Virus record (IMG/VR): IMGVR_UViG_3300007609_000017
Coordinates: 1,895 to 65,894 of that record
Strand: one strand, 5' to 3'
Source of the DNA: a virus
Taxonomy: Duplodnaviria > Caudoviricetes
Length of the DNA stretch: 64,000 bases
Part shown: positions 1 through 9,231 of the stretch, one piece after another
Position numbering within the stretch: position 1 is the first letter of the stretch
How the letters are laid out: each line of letters begins with the position of its first letter
Program-made: the position numbers and the translations under genes
The notes under the pieces: generated by a model
Told to the model about the DNA's origin: nothing
Databases searched by the model: none
What the model saw: the letters and a program-made list of their open reading frames with translations, nothing else

Positions 1-1016
1 GGTTGTGGTACATAACTTACGTTAAAATGATTTGGATCATGCAACATATTCCAGTGCACCGCATCAAACTGCTTTTTTTCTGCCCATTCTAACAACTCGC
101 TTATATCCAAACAGTTGAACATGTTTATAGTAAAACACAACTGGCTACTGAGATTGGCATTGTACTGTTTGTGTAGATTAAATTGATCAATGGTTTGATT
201 ACTTTCTTTCCAATTTGCACCATGTCTTTCATATTCGAACTTGGCGCCGATATTATCAACACTGAATGCAACTTCTACTTCTTTGAAGTGCGGCCACAAA
301 TCCGTGAGTGCATGTTCGGGCATTTGTGTTGAGTTGGTGTTGTAATGAATGGTTATATTTTTGCTGACACCTGTGTCTACTGCCAACTTGAGAAGATCAA
401 AATGCTCTTTGATTAAAAATGGCTCACCGCCTGTGAACTCGAAATATCTCACAGTTGGAAGCATTGCTGTTAAATCTTCCCAAAAATCTGCGCTTTCTCT
501 GGGCCAGTTTCCTGCTTTTAGCATAGTGTAAGCAAAGGTATCTTCTTTGACTGCACCTTTACTAACATCATGTTTGATTTCTTCGCTTGCCCAGTTACTG
601 CTACTCCAAGATCCGCAAATTCTGCATTTGAGATTGCAAATATTTCCTAACTTTAGATCTAAGAACCATAGCTGATTACTTTCTATACTGTCAAAGTTCA
701 TTTCCTCGACTTCGTGTTTGAATTTAACCAGTGTGTTTATTCGCTTGCTGGTTCTTCCGCTATCTTCTTCGGACCAACAACGATTGCAAGTAGCCAGACG
801 CTGATCTTCCAAAAAAGACCGGCGCATGTTCTGCATATAGTTGCTGTTCATTGCTTGACTCAGCGTGTGCTCTTTAAGATTATATTTTTCGCCGTTGTCT
901 TCTATTTCGTCAATGGCCAAACAACACGGACGTAACGTGCCCATTGGTGTAGTTTCGACACTCACCCATGGTAAAATACAGAAATTGGTATTGTCTATAA
1001 TATCTTTATACTTCAT
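1..1016 (-). CDS. Radical SAM protein with N-terminal twitch-like domain (3' end runs off window)
   Basis: Not in ORF track; translated by hand from ATG at 1016: MKYKDIIDNTNFCILPW...RPCC...CNRCW...CNLKCRIC...FTGGEP...YNTN. Paralogous to the three adjacent genes; overlaps the 3' end of the 1006 gene. Confidence 0.9.
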   Translation of the reverse strand, partial: MKYKDIIDNTNFCILPWVSVETTPMGTLRPCCLAIDEIEDNGEKYNLKEHTLSQAMNSNYMQNMRRSFLEDQRLATCNRCWSEEDSGRTSKRINTLVKFKHEVEEMNFDSIESNQLWFLDLKLGNICNLKCRICGSWSSSNWASEEIKHDVSKGAVKEDTFAYTMLKAGNWPRESADFWEDLTAMLPTVRYFEFTGGEPFLIKEHFDLLKLAVDTGVSKNITIHYNTNSTQMPEHALTDLWPHFKEVEVAFSVDNIGAKFEYERHGANWKESNQTIDQFNLHKQYNANLSSQLCFTINMFNCLDISELLEWAEKKQFDAVHWNMLHDPNHFNVSYVPQ

Positions 1017-2328
1017 GCAAGATTTCTTCTAACTCAGGAAAAGAATCAAAGAAACTTTCATCTCTGAATTTGTCTAGGTCGGCCATTACTTGCTTGAATT
1101 TTGTCAATAAATGACTGTTGTCTTCTGCCATCATAAAATCAATTGCACCTTTAAAACCGTTGGTTGCTCTAGTAAGATGATCATCAGGCTCAATGAGTGC
1201 AATGTGTTCCAGATACTTTTCTTTCACACGTTCTTTCATATGTTGCGGCAACATATCAATACGATAGTATTCAGGTCCTTGAAGAATGTTTACATTTAGA
1301 TCAATGGCCCGTAAAAATCCTTTGTCCATCCAATCTCGATGAAAGTCCGGTAGATGAAAACTATTCATAATGCTCAATGTAGGAGAAATATAAAAGTCTA
1401 CATCCGGGCACACTTTTAGCATGCGTTCGCGATTGCGTTCTGTTTGTGCCCAATCTTGCCCTTTACGAATATACTCGCCCCTTGTGCCCATTCCGTCTAG
1501 ACTAGCGCCTACACTTACACTGTCAAACAACTTCCAATACTCGATTACATCCATGTCTTTGTAGGACATTTCAGAGAAGTTGGTATTGTAGATCAACTTT
1601 ACATCAAATCTTTCGTTATCAACTAACCACTTGAGTATGCGATAGTGTTCCTCCATAATAAGAGGTTCGCCGCCAGCAAAATACACCTGTTCAACATATG
1701 GCATATGTTCTTCGGCTTGTTCCCATATGTCCATTTTGTGGCGACCGGCATACTGTATAACTGGGGTGTCTTTGGGCAACCAACCATTGCGTATTTTTTC
1801 TTTGGCCCAGTTGCTGGAGAAGATATCACCGCAACTTCTACAACGGAAATTACATAGATTACTGAATCTGATGTCCCAATAAATCAGTTTAAATTCTGGA
1901 TGTGTGCCATCTTCTAATGTAGTATCTACTTTGTCTATGTGATGTCCAAAATGCTTGTTCGAGCTGTTGCGCATGCTAAAGAAGCCATTCTTTTCTTGCT
2001 CGTAGCACTTGACGCACTCTTTGCTGGGCTCGTCATTGAGCATGTTGCGACGCATTGTTCTATAAGCATCGCCATTGTATATTTCTTCTAAGGAATTTTC
2101 TCTCATGTTTCCAATAGGATGATCCATGTGTCCTAAACAGCAAGGATATGCTTCGCCAGTTGGAAATCCATGTATATGGATCCATGGGATCATACAAAAA
2201 TGATCGCTTTTCATCAACCGATCTTGCTGATCCTGTCTCAGTGTTTCGGGCTCTACAAACACCGGTCTACGACTGTTGTAGTCGTAGGTTTTGTAATAAT
2301 CTTTGATTTTGTCAACTTTTGTTGTCAT
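1006..2328 (-). CDS. Radical SAM protein with N-terminal twitch-like domain
   Basis: FCMIPW..YPCC..CVKC N-terminal Cys cluster, CNFRCRSC (CxxxCxxC), AGGEP, YNTN. Start set at 2328 (ATGA overlap with upstream stop); ORF track gives 2343. Confidence 0.92.
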   Translation of the reverse strand: MTTKVDKIKDYYKTYDYNSRRPVFVEPETLRQDQQDRLMKSDHFCMIPWIHIHGFPTGEAYPCCLGHMDHPIGNMRENSLEEIYNGDAYRTMRRNMLNDEPSKECVKCYEQEKNGFFSMRNSSNKHFGHHIDKVDTTLEDGTHPEFKLIYWDIRFSNLCNFRCRSCGDIFSSNWAKEKIRNGWLPKDTPVIQYAGRHKMDIWEQAEEHMPYVEQVYFAGGEPLIMEEHYRILKWLVDNERFDVKLIYNTNFSEMSYKDMDVIEYWKLFDSVSVGASLDGMGTRGEYIRKGQDWAQTERNRERMLKVCPDVDFYISPTLSIMNSFHLPDFHRDWMDKGFLRAIDLNVNILQGPEYYRIDMLPQHMKERVKEKYLEHIALIEPDDHLTRATNGFKGAIDFMMAEDNSHLLTKFKQVMADLDKFRDESFFDSFPELEEILHEV

Positions 2329-3650
2329 AAGGATTGGTACCATTTTGATAAATTAGGAAATGCACGATGGAAATCGTGGCCCCTGCGTGTGTCGTACTGC
2401 GAATAAAACTTTTTGAAATCATTTAACAATTTAGGCATTTCAAACGTTTCGCTGTGCGGTTTGTCAACACTTTCTAAATATTCAATTAATCTAATTGTTT
2501 GATTTTCTTCCATGGCATGCAATTTATGATTGTTTGCATCAAGCCACTTTGCTATATTGTCTCTATACTTGCGTTTTTGTTCTTGTGGCAAAATAAGAGG
2601 ACTTTGAAAACTTGGGAATCTAAGTATATTTAGTGTAAAAGTTGGAAAATCCTTACCATATCTATCTTTAAGTTCCAGCATCATACTAAGGAATTCTGGC
2701 AAACTATCAAGACAAAGTGCATTCACTGTACACATCATGTGGAATCCTTTGAGTACTCCACTGTCGGATACTTTGTGTGCATTGGCTAGCCACCTGTCCC
2801 ATTCTAGTCCATCTCTGATGTATTCTGCTTGATACCCTACTGCTTCGCAACTGGTGTATAAATGCAAATTGTTTATGTCTTTGCCTAGATCAATAAATCG
2901 ATCAATCAACGAGTCTTTGCCGCATAGATTACTATTCACAGCAAGATCAACATTCAATGTTGGGTCCCAACTTTCCATCAATCGCCATAATTCGCCGGCC
3001 ATCATTGGCTCGCCACCGGTGATTCGCAATTCTTGTAGTGAGTTTTTAAGATCACTTTCCCACCATTTGAAAAATGCTTCCACATAAGGATTGTATTCGT
3101 CTTGCTTGTAGAGCTGTGCGCTTTCGTGTTCGTGCGTAAAGTGATTGCGTCCATCACTTACTAGTCCCTCGTATCCGCCGTTGGTTTTTAGATCTTTTAC
3201 CCAGCTTGTGCTAAACGCAGGATTGCAATAACTGCACCCAAGATTGCAAGTTCTATCAAATGCAATTTCCAGTGTTTGTAGATCAAAGTCTTGGGCGTGG
3301 TCAGAATCTTTAGCAATAATCAAGTCGTTATTACTGTAAATTTTGCTTTTATAAACCCGGTCACTAACGTACTCAGAGCCCATATCTTCAATTTTCCAAC
3401 AATACTCACAACCTTGCGGACGTTCGCCGTTTTGCATTTGACGTCTTTGCTCTTTTTTTTGCGGAGTATTATGAATAGCTTTGGGATTTTGTTCTGCATG
3501 ATGTGCTTGAATAAAATGAGGCAAAGGATGATGACAGCTTGTTGTCATTCCACTGCCTAACCATATGGTAGCATTGTACCACTTTGCTCCACAAAAACTA
3601 GCACTCTTGGGGTCTAATATATTCTTTTTATATTCTAAATCAGGATTCAT
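2325..3650 (-). CDS. Radical SAM protein with N-terminal twitch-like domain
   Basis: FCGAKW..SCHHP..CEYCW, CNLGCSYC, ITGGEP; TAATG coupling with upstream gene at 3650. Confidence 0.92.
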   Translation of the reverse strand: MNPDLEYKKNILDPKSASFCGAKWYNATIWLGSGMTTSCHHPLPHFIQAHHAEQNPKAIHNTPQKKEQRRQMQNGERPQGCEYCWKIEDMGSEYVSDRVYKSKIYSNNDLIIAKDSDHAQDFDLQTLEIAFDRTCNLGCSYCNPAFSTSWVKDLKTNGGYEGLVSDGRNHFTHEHESAQLYKQDEYNPYVEAFFKWWESDLKNSLQELRITGGEPMMAGELWRLMESWDPTLNVDLAVNSNLCGKDSLIDRFIDLGKDINNLHLYTSCEAVGYQAEYIRDGLEWDRWLANAHKVSDSGVLKGFHMMCTVNALCLDSLPEFLSMMLELKDRYGKDFPTFTLNILRFPSFQSPLILPQEQKRKYRDNIAKWLDANNHKLHAMEENQTIRLIEYLESVDKPHSETFEMPKLLNDFKKFYSQYDTRRGHDFHRAFPNLSKWYQSL

Positions 3651-5050
3651 TATATGCCTCTTTGATTACTTAGCATTTTACATTCGTTCCACCAATTGAT
3701 CATTTGTGGAAATGTTGATTCAAAGTCTAGACCTCTTCTGCGATCATATTCAGAAAAAAACCTATAAAAATCTATTTTGCGCCTAACTATTTCTTCGTCT
3801 GATACTTGTTGCTGACGCATCCAAGCAACATCACGTTCAAACTTTTTAATTTCAAAATCTTTGAAATATTGAAAATGATCTTCGTTGCCTTGCTCCACTC
3901 TATCTTTGATTCCGTTTGTAATTTGCTCCAACTTCCATGCATAAGGTTCTGGCATGTGCTGTAGACTTTGCCACACAGGTTTGTACAACAACGGAATATC
4001 AAACCAAACTCTTTGATATGTTTTTGAATATTTTCCTCTAAGTTCGTATATCCATTCCAACAACTGGTCTAGGCTAAACAAACTTAGATTGTTCATAGTA
4101 ACAATGAATGTTACACTACTGCGGTAAGGGACTTCCTCTAAAAACCTTTCTACATTGTGTTTCATACGTTCAAAGTTAAGACCGTCGCGCATATACTCTG
4201 CTTGTTTGCCCCATCCATCTATGCTAACAAACTGCATAAAATGCTCAACTTTTATTTCATCTATATCGCATAACTTTTTAACATAGGACATATATTTTTC
4301 AAACAACACATTGTCGACACTGAAATTACTAGTGACGTTGAGATGTAGATCCGGTTTGGGATTATCTAATACCCAATCAAACACGCGATAGGTATTTTTA
4401 TCCATTAACGGTTCGCCGCCTGTCATGCGAAAATGCTTGAGATCTTTGTAGAGATCTGGCCACCATTTCCAAAATGCTTCAACATATGGATTGTTTTCTC
4501 TCACAGGTATATTTCTGCGATCGCCGGAAAAATGCTCCGGAGCATTGTGCGGTGTTAAGGTAGGATATTCTCCAAACTTGTCGATTTCTTGTTGCCAAGC
4601 TGTGCTGAATTGCGGACTACAATAACTGCATGCAAGATTGCATCCGTGACTAAAATTGACTTCTACATAGCTTGGGTTTATATCGGAATCCCATGCACTG
4701 CTAGCAATCACGTCATAGTCCTGCATTGCCCACGGCTCACCTGACCGATAGTGTCTGTCACTCATGTTGCCGGTGGATTCAATATTCCAACAATAACTGC
4801 ATTCTTCGCACTGTACTCCTTCCAACATTTCTTTTCTTCTAAGCTTTTTGTGGCTGGTATTGTGTAGTGCACTAGGATTGCTTGCTATTTCTTCCAAAGG
4901 AATTTTATGCAAAGGCGGATGATAGCAACTATTGTTGAATCCTGTGGGCAGATGCAAACTAACTTGTTTCCATTTTGCTAAACAAAAACTATCACTTACC
5001 TGTGCTAGCTTTTGTTTTGCTACTTGTGCATCATCTAAATAGTCGCTCAT
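3650..5050 (-). CDS. Radical SAM protein with N-terminal twitch-like domain
   Basis: FCLAKW..SCYHP..CSYCW, CNLACSYC, MTGGEP; shares NPYVEAF.KWW with the 2325 paralogue. Confidence 0.92.
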   Translation of the reverse strand: MSDYLDDAQVAKQKLAQVSDSFCLAKWKQVSLHLPTGFNNSCYHPPLHKIPLEEIASNPSALHNTSHKKLRRKEMLEGVQCEECSYCWNIESTGNMSDRHYRSGEPWAMQDYDVIASSAWDSDINPSYVEVNFSHGCNLACSYCSPQFSTAWQQEIDKFGEYPTLTPHNAPEHFSGDRRNIPVRENNPYVEAFWKWWPDLYKDLKHFRMTGGEPLMDKNTYRVFDWVLDNPKPDLHLNVTSNFSVDNVLFEKYMSYVKKLCDIDEIKVEHFMQFVSIDGWGKQAEYMRDGLNFERMKHNVERFLEEVPYRSSVTFIVTMNNLSLFSLDQLLEWIYELRGKYSKTYQRVWFDIPLLYKPVWQSLQHMPEPYAWKLEQITNGIKDRVEQGNEDHFQYFKDFEIKKFERDVAWMRQQQVSDEEIVRRKIDFYRFFSEYDRRRGLDFESTFPQMINWWNECKMLSNQRGI

Positions 5051-5967
5051 CTTTCTGTTATAAAATCTTTTTCTGTGGTCATCACTGACTTTTGTACATG
5101 TGTCTGCCTGAAAACTTCTTTGAAAAATTTACTTTGCTGTGCAGAATACTCACTGATGCCCATATCTAACTGTTTGTTAAGAGCACCCATATATTCTTTT
5201 GAAACTTTATCACATTCTAACTCACTAACTTCTTGATTCCACATTTTTTCTAAACTAGGAAACCATTGTACTTGTGTGTGATCCCAATCTTCTAACATTG
5301 TTTTCACAGTTCCCATTCTTGCACCAAGAATAGCCCAATCTCCGTTGTCAACGTCATGGCCGATAGTTTGCCAAATTTTTAAATTGTTTAAATTTTGCTT
5401 GTGTACGCTGTCCTTGAATTCTTCTACAGATGGCTTTCTTCCCCTATCAAGACACATTTTTACACCTTCTCTGAATCCTGCTCTCCATGCTTGAAAAGGT
5501 GTGCCATTAGGATAGGTGGTGCTGTAGACATTGTGCATTGCCCAATATCTATCATCAAAACAAAACTCTACATTGGTTTCGTCGTCTCCCTCGCTGTGTT
5601 CGTGTGTTTTCATGTTGAGCACAAAGTCTTTGGTCCAGCAACTCATGCCTCCATTGCCGTACATAAGTCCGTTGATTTCATTTACAGCTCTCCAGCGGAA
5701 TACACATTCTTTGTTAACGCTATCTAATTTTAGTTGTTGATTAAAAAAGCTTTCGTAAGGCAAGTTATCACCGTCGATTAAAACAAATCTATCAGTATGG
5801 CTAGCTTCAGCAGCTGCTTTATGCGCAGCATCACTACCCTCCACACCATCTACCCGTTTGGCCCATGGTACCATATTTTGTATGTGTGCCCAGAACTCTT
5901 CTTTTTGAGGTTCGTCGTAACTCAAATAAATGCAATCTAGGTCAGCAACATCTACTATTTCTGTCAT
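5047..5967 (-). CDS. Glycosyltransferase-like (GT-A fold) phage protein
   Basis: YLSYDEP, AHKAAAEAS and FVLIDGDN (DxD) in a GT2-like layout. Start at 5967 from ATGA overlap (track: 5976). Confidence 0.6.
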   Translation of the reverse strand: MTEIVDVADLDCIYLSYDEPQKEEFWAHIQNMVPWAKRVDGVEGSDAAHKAAAEASHTDRFVLIDGDNLPYESFFNQQLKLDSVNKECVFRWRAVNEINGLMYGNGGMSCWTKDFVLNMKTHEHSEGDDETNVEFCFDDRYWAMHNVYSTTYPNGTPFQAWRAGFREGVKMCLDRGRKPSVEEFKDSVHKQNLNNLKIWQTIGHDVDNGDWAILGARMGTVKTMLEDWDHTQVQWFPSLEKMWNQEVSELECDKVSKEYMGALNKQLDMGISEYSAQQSKFFKEVFRQTHVQKSVMTTEKDFITER

Positions 5968-6239
5968 TTGATCCACTCCACTGGTTGTCTTGCAAAAGGA
6001 TGTATATATTTTGTTTGTTCAAACTGTTTTTCTGTGGCTTTGCCATCTTTAATCTCAACTCGATCCAATCTAAAAGTGTTGTACTGTTGTTTAGTCAATA
6101 CTATGTATTTTCCAGCAGGTTTTTCAGTGGTCATGTACAAAGGATTATTGTCATCATCGTGATACAATCTATATTCCTGCTGTATAACTTGTGTTTCAAA
6201 ATTATTTTGTTCAACTGCGTGAAAAAAAGAGCTGCTCAT
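5964..6239 (-). CDS. Hypothetical protein
   Basis: 91-aa ORF overlapping both neighbours in the operon. Confidence 0.65.
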   Translation of the reverse strand: MSSSFFHAVEQNNFETQVIQQEYRLYHDDDNNPLYMTTEKPAGKYIVLTKQQYNTFRLDRVEIKDGKATEKQFEQTKYIHPFARQPVEWIK

Positions 6240-7083
6240 AGTGCGATATTACCTTGTCGGTAGCAAATTCTTTTTCGTAATAGTGAAAAGGATACAGTTG
6301 ACGATATCCTCCTACTATAATACTGGCATCGTCATTTAAACTGTACGGCAAAACATCTAGCCAATTGGTACTTTCGGGCCAATTATGTATGCCTGGTTTC
6401 ATGTGCGTAAAGCACGGATAGTCCGTGTGCGATAAAAAGCATTTTTCTTTTCCAATTATGTTGGCAGCTACTGCATAGGCTTCGTCGGTGGCAATTTTAT
6501 TGCAATAAGAAAGATTTCTTTTTACAATATCTGTTTTTTCGAATATGTCTTTGAGTGCAACAAAAAAGTCTGCACTTGTTTTACTGTAGCGAAAATAACT
6601 GAAACCGTTGTAGGCATTAGGCAAATTGTTTTTGTCAAATGCTGTGCGATATGTCCTACTGTGACTTATTGCATTTCTATAGTCTCTTGCAACTACACTA
6701 AAACAAACATCTTTATGTCTCAACATGTGCCACCAATGATCCTGCGGTACTGTGAGCAGAAGATCGCTTTCTAGTTTTATTGTTTCCTTGAACGGCGTTG
6801 CCCACCAAACTTGCCATTCGTTTTGTAATTTCCAGTTGACGTTCTCTGCCATATCGTCAAATGGCAACTCTATTACATAGTCAAACACTTGTCTGTGTAA
6901 ATCAGTAACTTGCTTGACTGTATGAGAATCAACCACTACTGCATAATTGTTGATTTTTTGTGTAGCTTTAATACTTAATGCCTGCAGGTATGCTAAACGC
7001 AAATAATCAACATCGTTGCTGTTTTGTGCTATAGTTAAATAACCTTGTTGCTGACTAAATGGTACTGTTCTGCGTAAATTCAT
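6211..7083 (-). CDS. Glycosyltransferase-like protein (GT8-like, GT-A fold)
   Basis: GYLTIAQN..DYLRLAYLQALSIK, TPFKETIKLESD (degenerate DxD), C-terminal FHY; paralogue of the 7055 gene. Confidence 0.6.
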   Translation of the reverse strand: MNLRRTVPFSQQQGYLTIAQNSNDVDYLRLAYLQALSIKATQKINNYAVVVDSHTVKQVTDLHRQVFDYVIELPFDDMAENVNWKLQNEWQVWWATPFKETIKLESDLLLTVPQDHWWHMLRHKDVCFSVVARDYRNAISHSRTYRTAFDKNNLPNAYNGFSYFRYSKTSADFFVALKDIFEKTDIVKRNLSYCNKIATDEAYAVAANIIGKEKCFLSHTDYPCFTHMKPGIHNWPESTNWLDVLPYSLNDDASIIVGGYRQLYPFHYYEKEFATDKVISHYEQLFFSRS

Positions 7084-7909
7084 ATATTTTAGACAAATCT
7101 GACTTGTTCATCACGTGTAAATCGCCACGATATAGAGTTTGTTTCTTTACCACCTTGCCTGATTTATGACTGGGGTAACTTAAAAAAATTGTTCCAAATT
7201 TGGAAATTTTATCAACTGTATGAGACGAGTTAAGAGTAGGCAATGCATAAGGAATACTGCAAAAATTGTTAACGTGCCCTTGTAGTGTATTTAGTGCTAT
7301 AGTAAAAGCAAAATCATTTCTATAAGTTGCGCTCTTAAAATTGTACAAAACGCGATAATGATTCCAATTTTCTGCTACCTGTTTCCAGAGATCAAACACT
7401 TGCTTTACAAAACTGCTTTTTTTAAAAACAATCACAGTGGCCCAATACATTTGCAGGCTGTTAAAATTGATGTATCGATCGATTTCGAACGAATTTTTGC
7501 CACTTACATCATAGACAGAATCAAATGCAGTGATTTCTACATTGGAATTTAATATTTGAGCTAGTTTGTCAGTGAATACAAAGTAATCTGCATCCAGCAA
7601 AACAGTAGTGTCATATGGAGACAATTCGTATGCGCTGTATCTTCCACTGTTTTTCCAGTTGACCGTTTCGACACCCGAATCCCATCTAAAAGCACGCTTG
7701 TTTGTGCTGTGATTCTCTACAACTTTTACTTGATCAAAAATTGTATTGTCGATAGGAGAGTCTGTGATTAATGTTACAGGAATATTGAGATTTTTTTTGA
7801 TCAATACAGCATTAGCAACAGCAATACTAACATAATCTAAATCACTGTTGAATGCAAATATCAATGCACCAATGTTATTGGGGTTTTCTGATTGACTTTG
7901 CTTGATCAT
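7055..7909 (-). CDS. Glycosyltransferase-like protein (GT8-like, GT-A fold)
   Basis: GALIFAFN..DYVSIAVANA..IK, VTLITD, SPYDTTVLLDADY (DxD), RNDFAF, LHVMNK. Confidence 0.65.
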   Translation of the reverse strand: MIKQSQSENPNNIGALIFAFNSDLDYVSIAVANAVLIKKNLNIPVTLITDSPIDNTIFDQVKVVENHSTNKRAFRWDSGVETVNWKNSGRYSAYELSPYDTTVLLDADYFVFTDKLAQILNSNVEITAFDSVYDVSGKNSFEIDRYINFNSLQMYWATVIVFKKSSFVKQVFDLWKQVAENWNHYRVLYNFKSATYRNDFAFTIALNTLQGHVNNFCSIPYALPTLNSSHTVDKISKFGTIFLSYPSHKSGKVVKKQTLYRGDLHVMNKSDLSKIYEFTQNSTI

Positions 7910-8189
7910 ATTCTGCTAACCAATTGTTCATTACTTCTTGGTACTTAATTTTACATTTGTATATAAAGTCTTGTATATTGGTAATTTTTACTGGATTTCC
8001 GTAGCTGTCTTCTAACACAATTTCTTCTTGCTCTGCAAACATATTTGCAAACACAATCAATTCTGGTGTGATTTTGAATAATCCGCCATTAACAGCAATT
8101 GTAAGACTTTGTTGATTTTGTTCTCTAATGTTTTTTTTAGCTTGTTGTATGTCAAAACTTTTTTCTACAGTTTCTTCGAACGTACTCAT
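7875..8189 (-). CDS. Hypothetical protein, first gene of the GT/radical SAM operon
   Basis: 104 aa with AGAGGG SD-like sequence upstream, directly behind a sigma70-type promoter. Confidence 0.7.
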   Translation of the reverse strand: MSTFEETVEKSFDIQQAKKNIREQNQQSLTIAVNGGLFKITPELIVFANMFAEQEEIVLEDSYGNPVKITNIQDFIYKCKIKYQEVMNNWLAEYDQAKSIRKPQ

Positions 8190-8206
8190 AGTGACCCTCT
8201 GGATAT

Positions 8207-8242
8207 AAAAAAGCGTATATAGTATATACTATATACGCTTTT
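8207..8242 (-). terminator. Intrinsic terminator / perfect 34-bp palindrome ending the late tail-fibre operon
   Basis: AAAAGCGTATATAGTATATACTATATACGCTTTT (8209-8242) is a perfect inverted repeat ending in a T6 run on the - strand. Confidence 0.7.
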
Positions 8243-8249
8243 GTGTCAA
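8221..8249 (-). promoter_or_regulatory. sigma70-type promoter TTGACA-N17-TATACT
   Basis: On the - strand, TTGACA at 8249-8244, 17-nt spacer, TATACT at 8226-8221, ~30 nt upstream of the ATG at 8189. Confidence 0.8.
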
Positions 8250-8273
8250 TTTTAATTTAGCTAAATTAAATTT

Positions 8274-9203
8274 TTACGATGTGCTATTGGTGCTTCCCCA
8301 AGTTGGTGTGCCCCAAGTAGAGGTAAGTGCTGTTGTGCTTGGCTGACGTGCAACTGTGGTAGTTGTTGTTGTACCGTCAACTTGATCAAGAACGTTATAC
8401 ACACTCTTGTCGAAGCTTGTACTATCAGCCGCGTCATCACGATAGCTAATTGTTAAAGTGATAACATTGCCGTTATTGCCGTTGCCGTCGCTGTGTGCAG
8501 CGCTAACTTTTGCTCTTACTTCAATGTAGTTTGTGGTATACGGACTCGAGTCTGCGAACTGCTTGAAAATCACAGTGTCGGTTGTGCTCAAGTCGTAGTA
8601 GCCTGTGGTTGTAGCAAGTGTACTTACTGTGCCACTGCCGCCATTTTTACTTGTAGTGCTTGCGCCCAATACTATCGTTCCTGATTGTGTAGCTAGCTGA
8701 TTCCACTCTGTGTTTTTAGCACTGCTAGTGCTGCCTGTGTGATTAAAACTAATACGAACTTCGCCGCCTGCGTTAAAGAAGTAACGTGCTTCGTTGCCGC
8801 CGGCAAAAGTAAGTGTTTGTGTGTGCGTAGTTTCTGTGAACCATGTAGCCGTGGTTGCATTTGTATCGCTTGTGTCTGTTCCTGTACCTGCACGATCCAG
8901 TCTGTTGGTGTCAACAGTGCTGATATTTGTGCTGAGTGCAGTGTATGCTTCGATCGTATCACCTGTGGTCGGATTAGTGATGCTTGTGATTGAACTATTT
9001 TGGTGTGTTGCCAAGCTTGAAATTCTGCTTAAAAGTGTAGTCCACTGTGTAGCAGTAACTGTGTTACCCGCGCTTACAGAACTAACTGTAGTTGATTGGC
9101 CATAACCACGGTCACCTGTGCCGGTGCCCCATAGTGCATTCACACTAGCAACAAAATCGTTGTAGTGATCGTCTAGAATTATATCTCCAGATTGATATGC
9201 CAT
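8274..9203 (-). CDS. Virion structural protein (tail fibre/baseplate-associated)
   Basis: Thr/Ser/Gly-rich beta-type composition, ARYFFNAGG motif, last gene of the fibre operon, GGGGA SD. Confidence 0.65.
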   Translation of the reverse strand: MAYQSGDIILDDHYNDFVASVNALWGTGTGDRGYGQSTTVSSVSAGNTVTATQWTTLLSRISSLATHQNSSITSITNPTTGDTIEAYTALSTNISTVDTNRLDRAGTGTDTSDTNATTATWFTETTHTQTLTFAGGNEARYFFNAGGEVRISFNHTGSTSSAKNTEWNQLATQSGTIVLGASTTSKNGGSGTVSTLATTTGYYDLSTTDTVIFKQFADSSPYTTNYIEVRAKVSAAHSDGNGNNGNVITLTISYRDDAADSTSFDKSVYNVLDQVDGTTTTTTVARQPSTTALTSTWGTPTWGSTNSTS

Positions 9204-9231
9204 GTATTATATCCCCAATTGGTTGTATTTT

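Noticed and set aside
5964-8189. Small ORFs as RiPP precursor peptides for the radical SAM array
   Set aside because: The 91- and 104-aa ORFs look globular with no leader/core pattern; no transporter or peptidase nearby. Not fully excluded.
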